Assembly (NCBI RefSeq): GCF_001194135.2
Contig: NC_068986.1
Span: forward strand, 113,851,992 to 113,915,991
DNA from: Octopus bimaculoides
Lineage: Eukaryota
DNA: 64,000 nucleotides
Reading direction: 5' to 3'
The translations under genes were made by a program, and so were the position numbers. The notes below the pieces were generated by a model. That model saw only the letters and a list, made by a program, of their open reading frames with translations, did no database searches and was not told where the DNA came from. This document shows positions 24,690-38,050 of the stretch, piece after piece (within the stretch, counting starts at the first letter, position 1; every line of letters begins with the position of its first letter).

Positions 24690-25008
24690 TATTTTAAATA
24701 CGATCATTATTGAACTTGTTTTCCCGTCTAGACTTGGTAATTCATTTAGTGTCCAGTTGAGAATATTATAACTGTAACTTATCACTGGAACAGCTAAAGT
24801 ATTGATTCCTATTATCTTATTTATTGTACATTTTTGTTTTACATTTATCTCTGTTTTAAGTATTAATCTAATGCAGCTATAATATTCCCATCTAACCTTT
24901 TCTTTCATATCTGTGTGTTAGACACTCTTTGCTTCATTAATTCCTAACTATTTGTAAGTCTGGCTTGGCTCTAATTCACTTACCTCTGTTTCTTTATCTA
25001 ACATAAAA
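24690..25008 (-). mobile_element. R4/Dong-like LINE fragment (RT C-terminal region)
   Basis: MKEKVRWEYYSCIRLILKTEIN...INTLAVPVISYSYNILNWT, homologous to ORF 26398-26796; (TTA)n on the 5' side. Confidence 0.8.
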
Positions 25009-25126
25009 TTATTATTATTATTATTATTACCACTAATACAACTATTCTCATCACTATTATTACGATTATTATTATCGTTGTTATTATTACCATTATTATT
25101 ATTATCAACATCATCATCATAACTAA

Positions 25127-25129
<3 letters not shown>

Positions 25130-25163
<34 letters not shown>

Positions 25164-25623
25164 GAGAAAGTAGTGCATGCTATCAAAGTGACACGGGGGT
25201 GCAAATATACGAAGCTCAGTACAACTATCCTGATTACCCTCCTGATAAGGGTACACCAGGCACAATCATTACAACCATATGCGTGTGATATGGTCATTTC
25301 ATATCAAGATAAACAGCGCCGGACATTGCAGGCGGGGCCCAGTTAGAATGTTCTTCCTATCGAGTAACCCATCCTCTCAAAAGCTCCCTGAATAAAGTTA
25401 GTTTAAGGATGTTGAACGAAATACCTATGTTTCCAAAATAGAATTATTCAAACCTCTCACAACACATGGCTATGATGCTCCCCCACTACTTCTGCTCGTG
25501 ATCAGAGATGCACATGCCATCAGCCACTAAGGGACATGCTCAACTGGTTAAGTCAAACAACTGACAAGCAAATCTGTAGTATTAAGCAGAATATTTGCTG
25601 TAGCCCATTTTTTATACCAAGAC
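25130..25623 (-). mobile_element. Long 3' UTR of an R4/Dong-like LINE with (TAA)n tail
   Basis: Colinear with 56843-57320 (GATAAGGGTACACCAGGCA, TCATATCAAGATAAACA, GGGACATGCTCAACTGGTTAAG). Confidence 0.85.
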
Positions 25624-25976
25624 CGATGAAATATTAGGGTTGATGTAATCAACACTAACCCCTCTCCGAGGCTCGTGAACCTCTGAGAAAATTTGAAATC
25701 AGTAATGATTATTGTTGTTGCTGTTGTTAATATGCCCTTTATTTGCCACAAGAGGAGGGAGAAATCTAACAGAGAAACGGGAAGTTAAACACGGGTATAC
25801 AAAGATGTTATGCTACACACACACACAGACATACACACACACACACGCATACATGCATGCATACATAAATATACACATACAGAGAGGCTGACAGACAAAT
25901 AGATATATACCGTAATTGTATATAAGTAAACTGATATATATAATAATTACATTATTATCATTAATAATAATAATAA

Positions 25977-26050
25977 TGCCCGGATGCAGTACCAGGCAGT
26001 GGCTCTCGTGGCTTCTGATCTTAATTGATTGGAAGTGTTATCAGGTACAT
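25977..26050 (+). mobile_element. 5' piece of the same long 3'-UTR element, in opposite orientation
   Basis: Reverse complement matches 60387-60460; preceded by (TAA)n. Confidence 0.8.
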
Positions 26051-26975
26051 AGGTGGATTAAGAAATGTCTGGAAATGTATAAAAAACACCTACTCAGCGA
26101 AAGTATGAGATCGTAGAGAACCACACTGATTTTGAACAGTGACAACGAATCTCTCAATGCTGGAGATGTAAGAATTTGATGTGGCATTTTCCAAGCTGAC
26201 TCTCTATCACCACTCGTCTTTTGTCTAACCTTAATACCTCTCGAAATTGCTCAACGATGTACAATACGGTTATAAAATGTTTGATAAAAATATAAATCAT
26301 CTCATTTACATGATTCATTTAAAGTTTTTTTCAAAAAAAATACCAACAACTACAGGGCTTACTAGCAATTGTTAAACAATTCAGTGATGTCATCAGGATG
26401 CAATTTGGCATCGATAAATGTACAAAAGCTACCTTTTTCAAAGGAATAATGACAGAAATAGCCAGTGTTAATCTTGACCAGCAGAATACCATAAAGGAAT
26501 TAGAACCAGCGGAGAGCTACAAATACCTAGGGGTATTTGAAGGGGACGGAATCAAACATTCCTTGAGGGGGGAAAGAATCAGAAGAGAATGTTACCACAG
26601 GGTAAGAGCAATATTTAAGACAGAGCTGAATGCAAGAAACAGGATCGAAGCGATCAATACTTTAGGCATACCAGTTGTGACTTACGGTCTCAATATCATT
26701 AACTGGTCAATTGCTGAAATACGTAATATTGACAGAAAAATACGAAAATTTTTGACAATACATAGAATGCACCACCCTAAGGTAGATACAGAATGACTTT
26801 ATCTGCCAAGAAAATATGGAGGACGTGGACTTTTAGAAATGGAATTAACAATGAAGATTGCCACAATTGGCCTAGACACCTACCTGAAAAACTCTGATGA
26901 TTAGATTTTAAAACTTGTCACAACGCATGAAAACAAGAAAGTATCATACAGAGTAACAAAACAGGCAAAGGACAA
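26051..26975 (+). mobile_element. R4/Dong-like LINE reverse transcriptase fragment
   Basis: WIKKCLEMYK, GIFQADSLSP, NHLIYM..LK (decayed YMDD), MQFGIDKC, YKYLGVFEGD, INTLGIPVVTY, MHHPKVD...LYLPRKYGGRGL; stops and frameshifts present. Confidence 0.9.
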
Positions 26976-27699
26976 CTTCGCTGTCATTTTGAATGTCTGC
27001 AAAGACATGGATTCGTCACGGTTGTTTGGGTCTCATTTTCGTAAAAGACAAGTTAGTTGTTATTAAAGCGATGCTTCCTGAACAAAAGATAACCCATCTT
27101 ACATGGGTGATTGTTTCCTCGTTGAAAACTGATACGTGGCCATCTCACGTTGTTTCAGGAATTTGGGATCGTTTCGTAGACGTGTTTTCTTTGACATTTC
27201 TGACGGTGTTGTGGACTCTGTTTATTCCTCATCTTCATAAATAAATGGTTTAATATTGCTACGTGGAGGGGCTCCCATGTGACATATTTATTGCTATAGT
27301 TGCCATCATTGCAGTTGATTCTCATTGTATGTGCTGCTTAACGCTCGAAGAAGGAATTCTTTGATCTTAACTTCTGGCAATTAGAGGAAAGCCTCTCTCC
27401 CAGCAACCAGAACGATTTTAAATCGTTTGTTAATAAACATCGTCATCATCATCATCATCAGCAGCAGCAGCAGGGGATTATCAGAATCATGAGGGCATCT
27501 TTCCGAGTTCAAATCTCGACAATGTCAAATTTGCTTTCCATTTTTCCGAGTTCGGTAAAACAATATAACCGACAGAACACCTTTTCCCAAATTTGTGGAA
27601 TTGTGTTTATACATATGTACATTCATGCATATGTACATATGTAGTTGATTAGTATTTACTACCAGACAAAAAAAGGTGTTAGTTACCATAATAGTGATT

Positions 27700-27820
27700 A
27701 ATGCTGTTTTGGGGTCGATAAAATAAGTTCTAGTTGAGCACTGGAGTCGATATAATCGACACAGCCTCCTCGCCGACGAAATTACTGGCCGTTTGCCAGA
27801 ATTTGAAGCCAATATTGTAT
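27700..27820 (+). mobile_element. SINE family A 3' fragment
   Basis: GGGGTCGATAAAATAAG...GCACTGGAGTCGATATAATCGAC...AGAATTTGAAGCCAAT. Confidence 0.7.
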
Positions 27821-28519
27821 TTTAGTTGTAATGTATTTGAAAACTATGAACAGCCACAGGCTCAACTAGAACCAGTGCTCAACTAGAACTTATTAAGAGA
27901 CTGAGTCGACGCAAGCAAGATGTATATATAAATATTATTTTGGTCGAGACGGACAAAGAGACCAACAGAAAGACAGGCAGAGATAGATGAGAGAGAGACA
28001 CAGAGAAAATAAATAAGTCCAAATTAATACCAAACTTTCTCCATCAATCCTATACAATGTGAAGCTGCTTGGTCTACACCACTCACATAATGCATAAAAA
28101 ATTTACCATTACTATAAGAGTACGTAGAACGTCGACGTACATAAATGATATACAAAGACGAGAAGAATGCACAATACACATACGAACAGATCGATATAAT
28201 ACAAACTCTCACACACACATACAGACAAAAGTAATGCGTGAAGATAAATATGCACAAACATGTATACACCTGAGGCATATTGATCTCAGGTGTATACAAA
28301 ACTGTTCGTACTTCTTAATTGTGGAAGACATCTACCTCCAAGGAAAACAATGCTTAATATTAGAAATATATTTGCCAAAACATGAACACACGGAACATTT
28401 CTTTCTAAGAGAAAACAGTAATATAAAAGATAGGAGACTAAGAAATAGATTTTAAATAACACTGAGACACATGTGCACGTAACTATATGTGGTCGGTAGA
28501 AGTGTATGCAGGCGTTTCG

Positions 28520-28553
28520 ATATCTATATATATATACATATATATATACATAC

Positions 28554-28599
<46 letters not shown>

Positions 28600-28639
28600 A
28601 TATTTGTATACATATATATCTATCTCTATATACATATAT

Positions 28640-28670
<31 letters not shown>

Positions 28671-28707
28671 CATATATATATACATATACATATACATATA
28701 TATATAC

Positions 28708-28802
<95 letters not shown>

Positions 28803-28816
28803 CACATATATATATA
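28520..28816. repeat. Long (TA)n/(TACA)n compound microsatellite
   Basis: About 300 bp of alternating purine-pyrimidine repeat. Confidence 0.95.
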
Positions 28817-29409
28817 GTTTTACTAAAGAATTGAAAACAAATTCCAGGAGTATCTGACTTAGTAAAAGGAAATCTCAATAGAATAAATTAATTCAAGAGA
28901 TAATATATATATACATGTGTGTTTGTGTGTGTGTGTGTGTGTGTGTAAATATATATATATATATACATACATATGTATACGTATATATACATACATATAT
29001 CCATATGTATATACATATACACACGCAGAGACAAACACACACACACACGTAGACACATACACAATTATATGTATGTATGTATGTATGTATTTAGCCTTAA
29101 CACGATTCCTCTTTCATTATTTTTCTGATGGCGTATCAACTTCCAGCAGAAAGTTTTGTTGAATTCTCGTCAGAGAATTTGTTTCCATGAATGATAAAAT
29201 CGCTTTGTTAAAATTCACCATCACCTCATCAGGAGTTATGATAGAAAGATCAATAAGATAGTTTAATTCAAACTTTATATGGACGGCTAGAAGGCAGACA
29301 TTTATATACAGAAAACAGCTGAAGTATCTGAATGATGTATCTAACCACTCTAATTGTAAGTCATGAGAATAGAAATTGAAATACAATAACTGAATCCCTA
29401 AATGTATGT

Positions 29410-30020
29410 CACTTTTTGCTCGCCCCGCACAACGCTACTGCTGCTAATCGCTTACTTCCAACTTTACTTACTACTACTCGGTGCTAGAGAGAGAGTCCGA
29501 GTTACTCAACGCTCTACAAAGAGAATCCGAGTTACTCGCGCCGTTTGCCCACGCTTCGTCCAAAGTTTCTTCACTTTGGGCAGAGATGGCATCACGTTCG
29601 GGCGCCGACTGGCACTCGTGCTCATGTATGATACTGCTGACGACGGTCTTTCGATCGCACCGCGTCTTCGGTACGCAGTTACCCGACAGGACTTCCCGTT
29701 TGTCAAAGAAAATCTTACCTCGACGCAATAAAGCAATCACACGACCCAGGCGTCCGCCTCTATCCGTGTCTCCTCGTTACCCCTCGGCTGCGCTGCCCAC
29801 TCGCCTCTTCAAGCAAAGGCGGACCGACTCACCGCGGCAGCGGCTTTCTTGTCGCTTGACTGTTTCTCCTCTCCTGTTCATTATTCGTCGTTCGTCGCTC
29901 CTTTTCGCCGCGCACCCACTGCGCGGCCAATGCCGATCATTTTCGAACCACTTCCACCCGTCTTTCCGTCCGTCTGTCCATCCGTCCGTCCGTCCCTCTC
30001 TCTCTCTCTCTCTCTCTCTG
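29410..30020 (-). promoter_or_regulatory. CpG-rich island; candidate promoter / non-coding first exon
   Basis: The only extended CpG-dense, GC-rich unique stretch in the window. CCAAT near 29926; minus-strand donors GAG|GTAAGA (exon end 29719) and GCG|GTGAGT (about 29832). Confidence 0.4.
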
Positions 30021-31149
30021 GATCAGTGGGCAAAATATCTTTGTATTTACTCCAGCTATTCATACTCTGACATTAAATCTGGCCTATAACAACTCACATT
30101 TAAACGTTTCGGTGTTCATAGACAAACTAGCACAAGAGTAATGGGGGTTGATTTAATCAATTAAAACGCTAAGTGGTGAAAGATTATTGCATTATTGCAT
30201 CCGACAGAATTATATATCGGAATTGAAAATTCGCACTCAGAGTAATAGCATCAATATCTCAGGAGATATGTGTATATTTATAGACATACACACACACACA
30301 CACACACACGGACACACACACAAAAACACAAGCGCATATACACATACACACGCATATGTATTTGTGGTTATGGCAGTGGGGTATTCTTATCTGTGCAATA
30401 TGAAGAAACATATAAGTGAATATAAATATGTGTGTATGTACGTGTGCGTGCGTGCGCGTGCGCCTGTGTATGTGTATGTATATATATATGTGTATGAATA
30501 TATACAGTATATATATATAAATATAAATCGATATGTACATAAATAGGTATATTTATATATGTATATATATATGGAGAGAGAGAGAGACAGACAGACAGAT
30601 ATATTATATACATACATATGTATATATATATATATCTTTATATACATAGATATATATATCTTTATATGCATATATATACACACGCACCCACACACACACA
30701 TATATATATATTATATACATACACACACACATGCACGCACGCACACATGCACACACACACGCATAAATAAATAGTTAGACACAGACAGGTACATATTCCT
30801 AATAGCCAATAGTACGTATTTTAAATTTATTGCATTATGTCCGTGTTAGATTTATTGCTAAGTAATATCTCATAAAGTTTTCATCGCACTACTGTGAGAT
30901 TTTCAATGGTTTTAAATTCATCAAATGATGTTTTTTTTTGTTTCTCTCTGTTATCATTTGAAACATTGTCCACAAAGTATGAAGTACATCAGTGTGGTGA
31001 CATATAACGGTTTTGTTTTCATGGTTACTGATTTTGATTTTAAATTTCATTTGCTTGTTTTGTTGTTGACAAACTCATGTTTGTAAATTTTGTAGATTGT
31101 GCGAGTAAATATTCTTTTTTCTTGGGTGCAATTGTGGTCGTGGTGGCGT

Positions 31150-31750
31150 TGGTGATGGAAGTCGTAATTCTAGTTGTTCAAAATGAAGTCAGAATTCGTT
31201 TCCATTTTGGGTTCTGCCTCTGTGAATTGTTACATTTTTTTACATTATTGATCTAGTATCTTACTTTACGGCAGTTGTTGGAGTATGTATGTAACTACTC
31301 TAATTGAATTCACGGCAATGTTCACCGATTACTTTAACTACGCTGTGGGCCGTTTCTCCAGTATAGTTTACGTTCGTGTGCTTACACTGACCTTCAAGAC
31401 AGCACTTGTGACACGCTTCATACATGGTTTCACAGTATTTTCAAAGCTTTAGCTGTTCGCAATCGGTAATTGTTTTCAGCATGTGTATTTCGTTAATAAA
31501 TATGACTTACATGGCCGGGACTGGGCGTATTGCCTCGCTTTTTTCTATCACAATGATATTAAATTTCGTTTAATGCATTCATATATTTGCGATCGACACA
31601 TTCCGGGAGTTACATCGCTAAGTATTACAGTTTAGAAACTCCCGTTGACATATCACGTGTCTTTCTTATCAGGATACTCTGATGCATGGGAATTGATCTT
31701 TTGTATCGATACCAATTGTGAATCGTTTCCTAGCTCCTCTATACATTCCG
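31150..31750 (-). mobile_element. Penelope-like element remnant (GIY-YIG region)
   Basis: Minus frame at about 31305-31440 reads CCLEGQCKHTNVNYTGETAHSVVKVIGEH (Y.GET...EH motif). Confidence 0.5.
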
Positions 31751-33944
31751 CCTGGATATTGTTAATCGAATTCAAATAAGTTTAGGTGAAGGCGAAAATC
31801 ATGAACGTGATTTTAAGTTCACAGTATTGGCAGATTGCAATCCAGAAAGTTAGGTGAGTAAAAACCAGTTTAATTCAGGGGTTGAAATTTGAATTAGGTA
31901 AAATATGCGAGCGAAGGTTAGAAATTACATTCTCAAGAGAGACAAATGTCGCCAACACACACGAGATCGACATGGTGGAAAGAAGTTAGAGTGATTAAGA
32001 GACGGTCGGGCATCCCATGCATACACACACACACACACTTCATTTACTCTCACACCGTGTTTTGTACGCAACCACACAGCTACATACAAGCATACCTACA
32101 CACAGGCATAAGACTAGTTCTCAGAAAGAGTCAAGAGCAGGAACATTTCATTGGTGAGGTCGACGAAAGGACTTGAACAAACAACCGATTGAGTGTTTAA
32201 CTAACGCATTAAACAAACAATCGATTGGTTACTTGAATATTTTACCGGCTGACTAAAGAAGTGATATTGAACCAGTGCGTGTTTTCTATAATTATTGGCC
32301 CGATGACCTCCCCATTACATATACATAAATATACATATATACACATAAACAGATACATGCATATATATATATATATATANNNNNNNNNNNNNNNNNNNNN
32401 NNNNNNNNNNNNNNNNNNNNNNNNNNNNNNNNNNNNNNNNNNNNNNNNNNNNNNNNNNNNNNNNNNNNNNNNNNNNNNNNNNNNNNNNNNNNNNNNNNNN
32501 NNNNNNNNNNNNNNNNNNNNNNNNNNNNNNNNNNNNNNNNNNNNNNNNNNNNNNNNNNNNNNNNNNNNNNNNNNNNNNNNNNNNNNNNNNNNNNNNNNNN
32601 NNNNNNNNNNNNNNNNNNNNNNNNNNNNNNNNNNNNNNNNNNNNNNNNNNNNNNNNNNNNNNNNNNNNNNNNNNNNNNNNNNNNNNNNNNNNNNNNNNNN
32701 NNNNNNNNNNNNNNNNNNNNNNNNNNATATATATATATATATATATAAACAAGTGTACATAATATATGACCACATCTATACTTAGGGTCACTACAGGGGA
32801 GCATATATACATAATTTATCGACACTGAATAAAAAGTACAACGTTAAAAAAGATATTGACTAATATTAAATAACACGACTGAGAAAAAACAAGCAAACAT
32901 CTCTCCGAAAATAACTCAGAGAAAAACTAATGAAATACAACGGAAATATAAGATAATATAATATAAAAATAAAAGTGTTTATTGAAAACACAAGCGTAAA
33001 CGAGAAATGAAGGGAGAGCATGACAGGGTCCCTGCAGGCTTGAATATCGTAACGTGTGACAAAGCTAAGAACAGTAGCTAAAATTAACATACATACTGCT
33101 CTGATATCTCATTTTGCTCTCTATCTATAAACTATATTGTGTTTTATCAGTTGTGTCGTACAGGAATGAACGAGGAAATTTCTATGTTACGGCGTGCAAA
33201 CATAACTAGCAAACATCTATGTGATATGTGATAAGGTAGAACAGTTGGTTTATATAAGCGATACTTTTATAGAGCCCTTTAGTCCGAAGGCGATAAAAAG
33301 TGCTCTGTCGTGTAATTGAGAACTGTATCAATAAGGTTTGCATGTTTTAGAAGGCTGGAGTAAATATCGTACTCTAATTATATCGAAATATTAAGGTTAA
33401 TTTATGATGCATACATAGTCCGTCTTCTGCTTTCTCTCTCTCTCTCTCTCTCTCTCTCCTCCCCTCTCTCTCTAGTTCTCATGCATACATACATACATAC
33501 ATACTCGGAATTTCCCTCATTTCCAGCCAGTATTTATTAAGATGATGCCTGAAAGACTAAATGTAACCCGTGAGTTAGACTGAACCAGAAACAGGTTGAT
33601 GATAAATATCAGCTTCACTAAATATAATGCGTAATCACTATTTCCAATATAATCTAAAACACACACACATGTATATATGCTTATAAGTGTGTGTTAATTA
33701 GGATTTGATAATGCTCAGTGCATTAATTTGATAGCAAGAAATGTACTATATTCTAAGAGTGAAATGATTTGACAGCAACTCGAATTTCATGGATAAAGGA
33801 AAATAGCTGAGTTGATTTGCGTGACTTCGGAACACCATAAAAGGACTTTCCAAATTGAATCAGAAAAGTTTTCTGATTCATACAAGCTCCAATATCTTAT
33901 AAGACACTTAAAATCTATATCAATTTAAGCTAATAATTAACTGA

Positions 33945-34208
33945 AGACGACCCATCAAGCCGAGTAAAATCGCAGTCATGGCAGATACTGGTGTCACACA
34001 AATTTGTACCTAAGCTTGTGGCGCATAAAAGCACCTCGGTGTCACGCATATGGCGCTTTGCCAGTGGCATGTAAAAGCACCCATTACACTCTCGGAGCTG
34101 TTGCCGTAGCAAACCATACTCGAGTCCGGTGGAGTCTTCCAGCGTGCCGTCCCGGTCAAAACGTCTGACACATGCCAGAATGACTAACGCATGTTAAATG
34201 ATGATGAT
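33945..34208 (+). mobile_element. RTE-type LINE/SINE 3' terminal fragment
   Basis: GCCAGTGGCATGTAAAAGCACCCATTACACTCTCGGAG... ending in GTTAAATGATGATGAT, a typical RTE-like (GAT)n tail; family assignment is from recall. Confidence 0.5.
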
Positions 34209-34903
34209 TAACGGTGATCGAAGTTAACTTTTCGATTAACTTCTTGTCTTTCATGTCTATTGTTGTTGTTGTTTGAGTACAGCCATTGTTGTAGTGTAGT
34301 CTAATCATTAGAACATGTCAGGTAACTCTGCAGAATTCATTTGAGCTGTATGCACCCTGTGTTCAAAAACGTCCAAGGTCAGCTTTGCCCTTCATTCTCT
34401 TAGGGTTTAATAGATAAAGTACCAGTCGTCTACTGGCATCGATTCTTCTCTTTGTTTCTGTCTGCCTGTCTGTCTATCTCTTTCAGGAAGAAAATTATTA
34501 TGGAGGGGCTCTGTAAGACATAAAAATGCCCCAGGCACACCACGTGTCATGACAGTGTCTCGCCATCGGTAGTTTTCATTTCAGTTCATTTATAATTATA
34601 TGCTTAAATATGTAATTATATATGCATGCATATTTCTATGAATATGTAAAAATAATATAAACATGTGTATACGAGCATGTGAATGCAGGTGTATATAAAT
34701 GCACACACACACACGGAGGCATAAACACAGGCATGCACATATATATATATATAACAGTTCAGTCTCCCTCAGTAACCCTGACGCTACAGGTGGGTTTCCA
34801 CTGCTTACCGTAAAGGGCATTTGATATTATCATTGCTTCATACATACATGCAAATGTACATAAATATATGAACACATTCATATATACATATGTGAGTGCG
34901 CGC

Positions 34904-34959
<56 letters not shown>

Positions 34960-35944
34960 CGCGTGTGTGTGCGTCTTCAGGTCATCTCTACAGATTTTCT
35001 ATAGATTTTACAGCCAGCACTGAATTCGTTACGACATTTCGTACCCGGGACACATGACGTAAACAACAATGAGAGTGAAGGTGAGAAATGGTTAATAGGC
35101 GTATATACCATATTTTGGGAGTTTCGCTCCTTCACCAGCTCCCATCTNNNNNNNNNNNNNNNNNNNNNNNNNNNNNNNNNNNNNNNNNNNNNNNNNNNNN
35201 NNNNNNNNNNNNNNNNNNNNNNNNNNNNNNNNNNNNNNNNNNNNNNNNNNNNNNNNNNNNNNNNNNNNNNNNNNNNNNNNNNNNNNNNNNNNNNNNNNNN
35301 NNNNNNNNNNNNNNNNNNNNNNNNNNNNNNNNNNNNNNNNNNNNNNNNNNNNNNNNNNNNNNNNNNNNNNNNNNNNNNNNNNNNNNNNNNNNNNNNNNNN
35401 NNNNNNNNNNNNNNNNNNNNNNNNNNNNNNNNNNNNNNNNNNNNNNNNNNNNNNNNNNNNNNNNNNNNNNNNNNNNNNNNNNNNNNNNNNNNNNNNNNNN
35501 NNNNNNNNNNNNNNNNNNNNNNNNNNNNNNNNNNNNNNNNNNNNNNNNNNNNNNNNNNNNNNNNNNNNNNNNNNNNNNNNNNNNNNNNNNNNNNNNNNNN
35601 NNNNNNNNNNNNNNNNNNNNNNNNNNNNNNNNNNNNNNNNNNNNNNNNNNNNNNNNNNNNNNNNNNNNNNNNNNNNNNNNNNNNNNNNNNNNNNNNNNNN
35701 NNNNNNNNNNNNNNNNNNNNNNNNNNNNNNNNNNNNNNNNNNNNNNNNNNNNNNNNNNNNNNNNNNNNNNNNNNNNNNNNNNNNNNNNNNNNNNNNNNNN
35801 NNNNNNNNNNNNNNNNNNNNNNNNNNNNATATATATATATATATATATATACATACATACATGCATACATACATACATACATAAAAACATACATACCTAT
35901 ATTAATACATGCATACATATATACACACATACATACATACATAG

Positions 35945-36386
35945 ATGTATGTGTTTACAAGTTCAGATTTCTCCCGGTAATTATTGGGGCCTTGGGATAT
36001 ATAACATACTGCTTAAATAGCAATCTTGAGAAATTAGGTTTCTCAAAACCAGAAAGAAGAAAACTAATTCGAGCACTACAGATCGAACCTATAACTGGAA
36101 CTGTAAAAATCTGTAAAACTTTCCAAAAGTTTATCATTTAAATATGTATGAAGATGTCTACATATGCAACCATATGCATGAGAATAATACATATAACATA
36201 CAAATCTGCTCATACATACATACGTACATACATACATATAAATTACATAAATACATACATTCAAATATACACGCAAAAATACCCTGTTGTTGACGTTGAA
36301 ATTCCAATGAAAGAGCCTTCGATCTAATTTTAAAAAACGGTTCTTTCTCTATTGGCAGGAAATTTTGAAATAAACTGAAAAATGAC
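35945..36386 (+). mobile_element. RLE-LINE subfamily Y, 3' end
   Basis: PVIIGALGYITYCLNSNLEKLGFSKPERRKLIRALQIEPITGTVKICKTFQKFII*, homologous to 62637-62790; (CATA)n on both sides. Confidence 0.85.
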
Positions 36387-36520
36387 CTACATACATACAT
36401 ACATACAGACATACATACATAATTGTTTTTTTGCAAGGTCAGATTTCGAAACAGATAAAGTTATATCTCGTGGAAGCCAGCCTGAGGGAGCCGACCCCCA
36501 TTTACTGTAAGCAAAAATGG

Positions 36521-36721
36521 TGTTCTTCCAGTGAACCAAACCTAATCCTTAGAATTCCATTTTGGAGACTTTATTCTTACAAGGAAATGGAATTTCGAGT
36601 CCCACGACAACATTCAACATTTTCTTGCCAAAGGGATTTTCATCTCAATATTTACTCGTTATTATTCATAGTTTTATCTGTTATGACATCCAATATCCCC
36701 AAAAAGATAAATATGTCATGT

Positions 36722-36782
<61 letters not shown>

Positions 36783-37078
36783 NNNNNNNNNNNNNNNNNN
36801 NNNNNNNNNNNNNNNNNNNNNNNNNNNNNNNNNNNNNNNNNNNNNNNNNNNNNNNNNNNNNNTGTTCTTCCAGTGAACCAAACCTAATCCTTAGAATTCC
36901 ATTTTGGAGACTTTATTCTTACAAGGAAATGGAATTTCGAGTCCCACGACAACATTCAACATTTTCTTGCCAAAGGGATTTTCATCTCAATATTTACTCG
37001 TTATTATTCATAGTTTTATCTGTTATGACATCCAATATCCCCAAAAAGATAAATATGTCATGTTATATATATATATGT
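36521..37078. repeat. Exact 216-bp direct duplication straddling an 80-N gap (likely assembly artefact)
   Basis: 36521-36736 is identical to 36863-37078. Confidence 0.9.
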
Positions 37079-37835
37079 ATATATAAATGACTAGTGTAAG
37101 ATGTGGGTTCAGAGAATCGTGCAGCTATCTCAGAAAGCTCCCCTTACCGATTCGGCTATCAGTCCACATAGTAATAAGTTACAAATCAGTGTTAAGTATC
37201 TATGTGGTTGAAAATCCAGGCAATCAGATCGATCAAGATGTCTAATGAGCAGTATATAACGCCATAAAATATGCCTGACCACGTGATGTCCATAGAACTA
37301 CGGCCGCTTCATGTAATATTAATGTCAGTCCGGAAGAAGGAAGAAATTATGTGTACAGGTTTGCATTGATATCTATGCAGAGTAAAGAAAGCTAGCTCAT
37401 CAGATCACAGAATCCTCATGGTAACACCAACAATTAATATAAATATACAAAATTCCTTCTTTAAACATACAATGTATGGAAATCAGAAGCTAGACAAAAT
37501 ATAATTGATGTGGTCAGTAAATGTTTAAATCATCAGTTGTCTTGTTCCCTGATATGTGATTAAATCAATTTTACATCTATATAATTACTTTCGATCAAAA
37601 TACATTAATATATTTTTTGCTGAAATTTTTGTATTGACTTCTGTTTGTTATTATTTGTTACTTTATTTTTACTTATTTCTTCTTGCAGTTTGGAATGGGG
37701 AATCCTTCATTTCTATCTTGCACTTTAACTTAATTTTGTGAAATAATGTAATATATCTGTACTTTTACTGACTATTTCGATCTTCCATAAATTGTATATA
37801 CACAGAGATTTTGCTTGTATATTTAGTGTTGAGTT

Positions 37836-38050
37836 TAAGGCGACGAGCTGGCAGAAACGTTAGCAAGCCGGGGGGAAATGCTTAGCGGTATTTCGTCTGC
37901 CGCTACGTTCTGAGTTCAAATTCCACCGAGGTCGACTTTGCCTTTCATCCTTTCGGGGTCGATAAATTAAGTGCCAGTTGCGTACTAGAGTCGATCTAAT
38001 CGACTGGCCCCTTCCTCCAAAATTTCGTGCCTTCTGCCAAGAGTAGAAAA
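37836..38050 (+). mobile_element. SINE family A monomer, full 5' end, no TSD
   Basis: TAAGGCGACGAGCTGGCAGAAACGTTAG...GAGTAGAAAA. Its 3' flank is a copy of the 18.73-18.84 kb flank. Confidence 0.92.

Noticed and set aside
29481-30089. 202-aa plus-strand ORF (and 76-109 aa overlapping ORFs) in the CpG island
   Set aside because: GTG start, Arg/Ser/Pro-rich, runs through a (CT)n microsatellite, and several frames are open at once, as expected from GC richness. No recognisable domain.
36521-37078. Perfect 216-bp tandem duplication and the 219-aa ORF spanning it
   Set aside because: 100% identity on either side of an N gap next to a microsatellite indicates an unmerged contig overlap or haplotype artefact.
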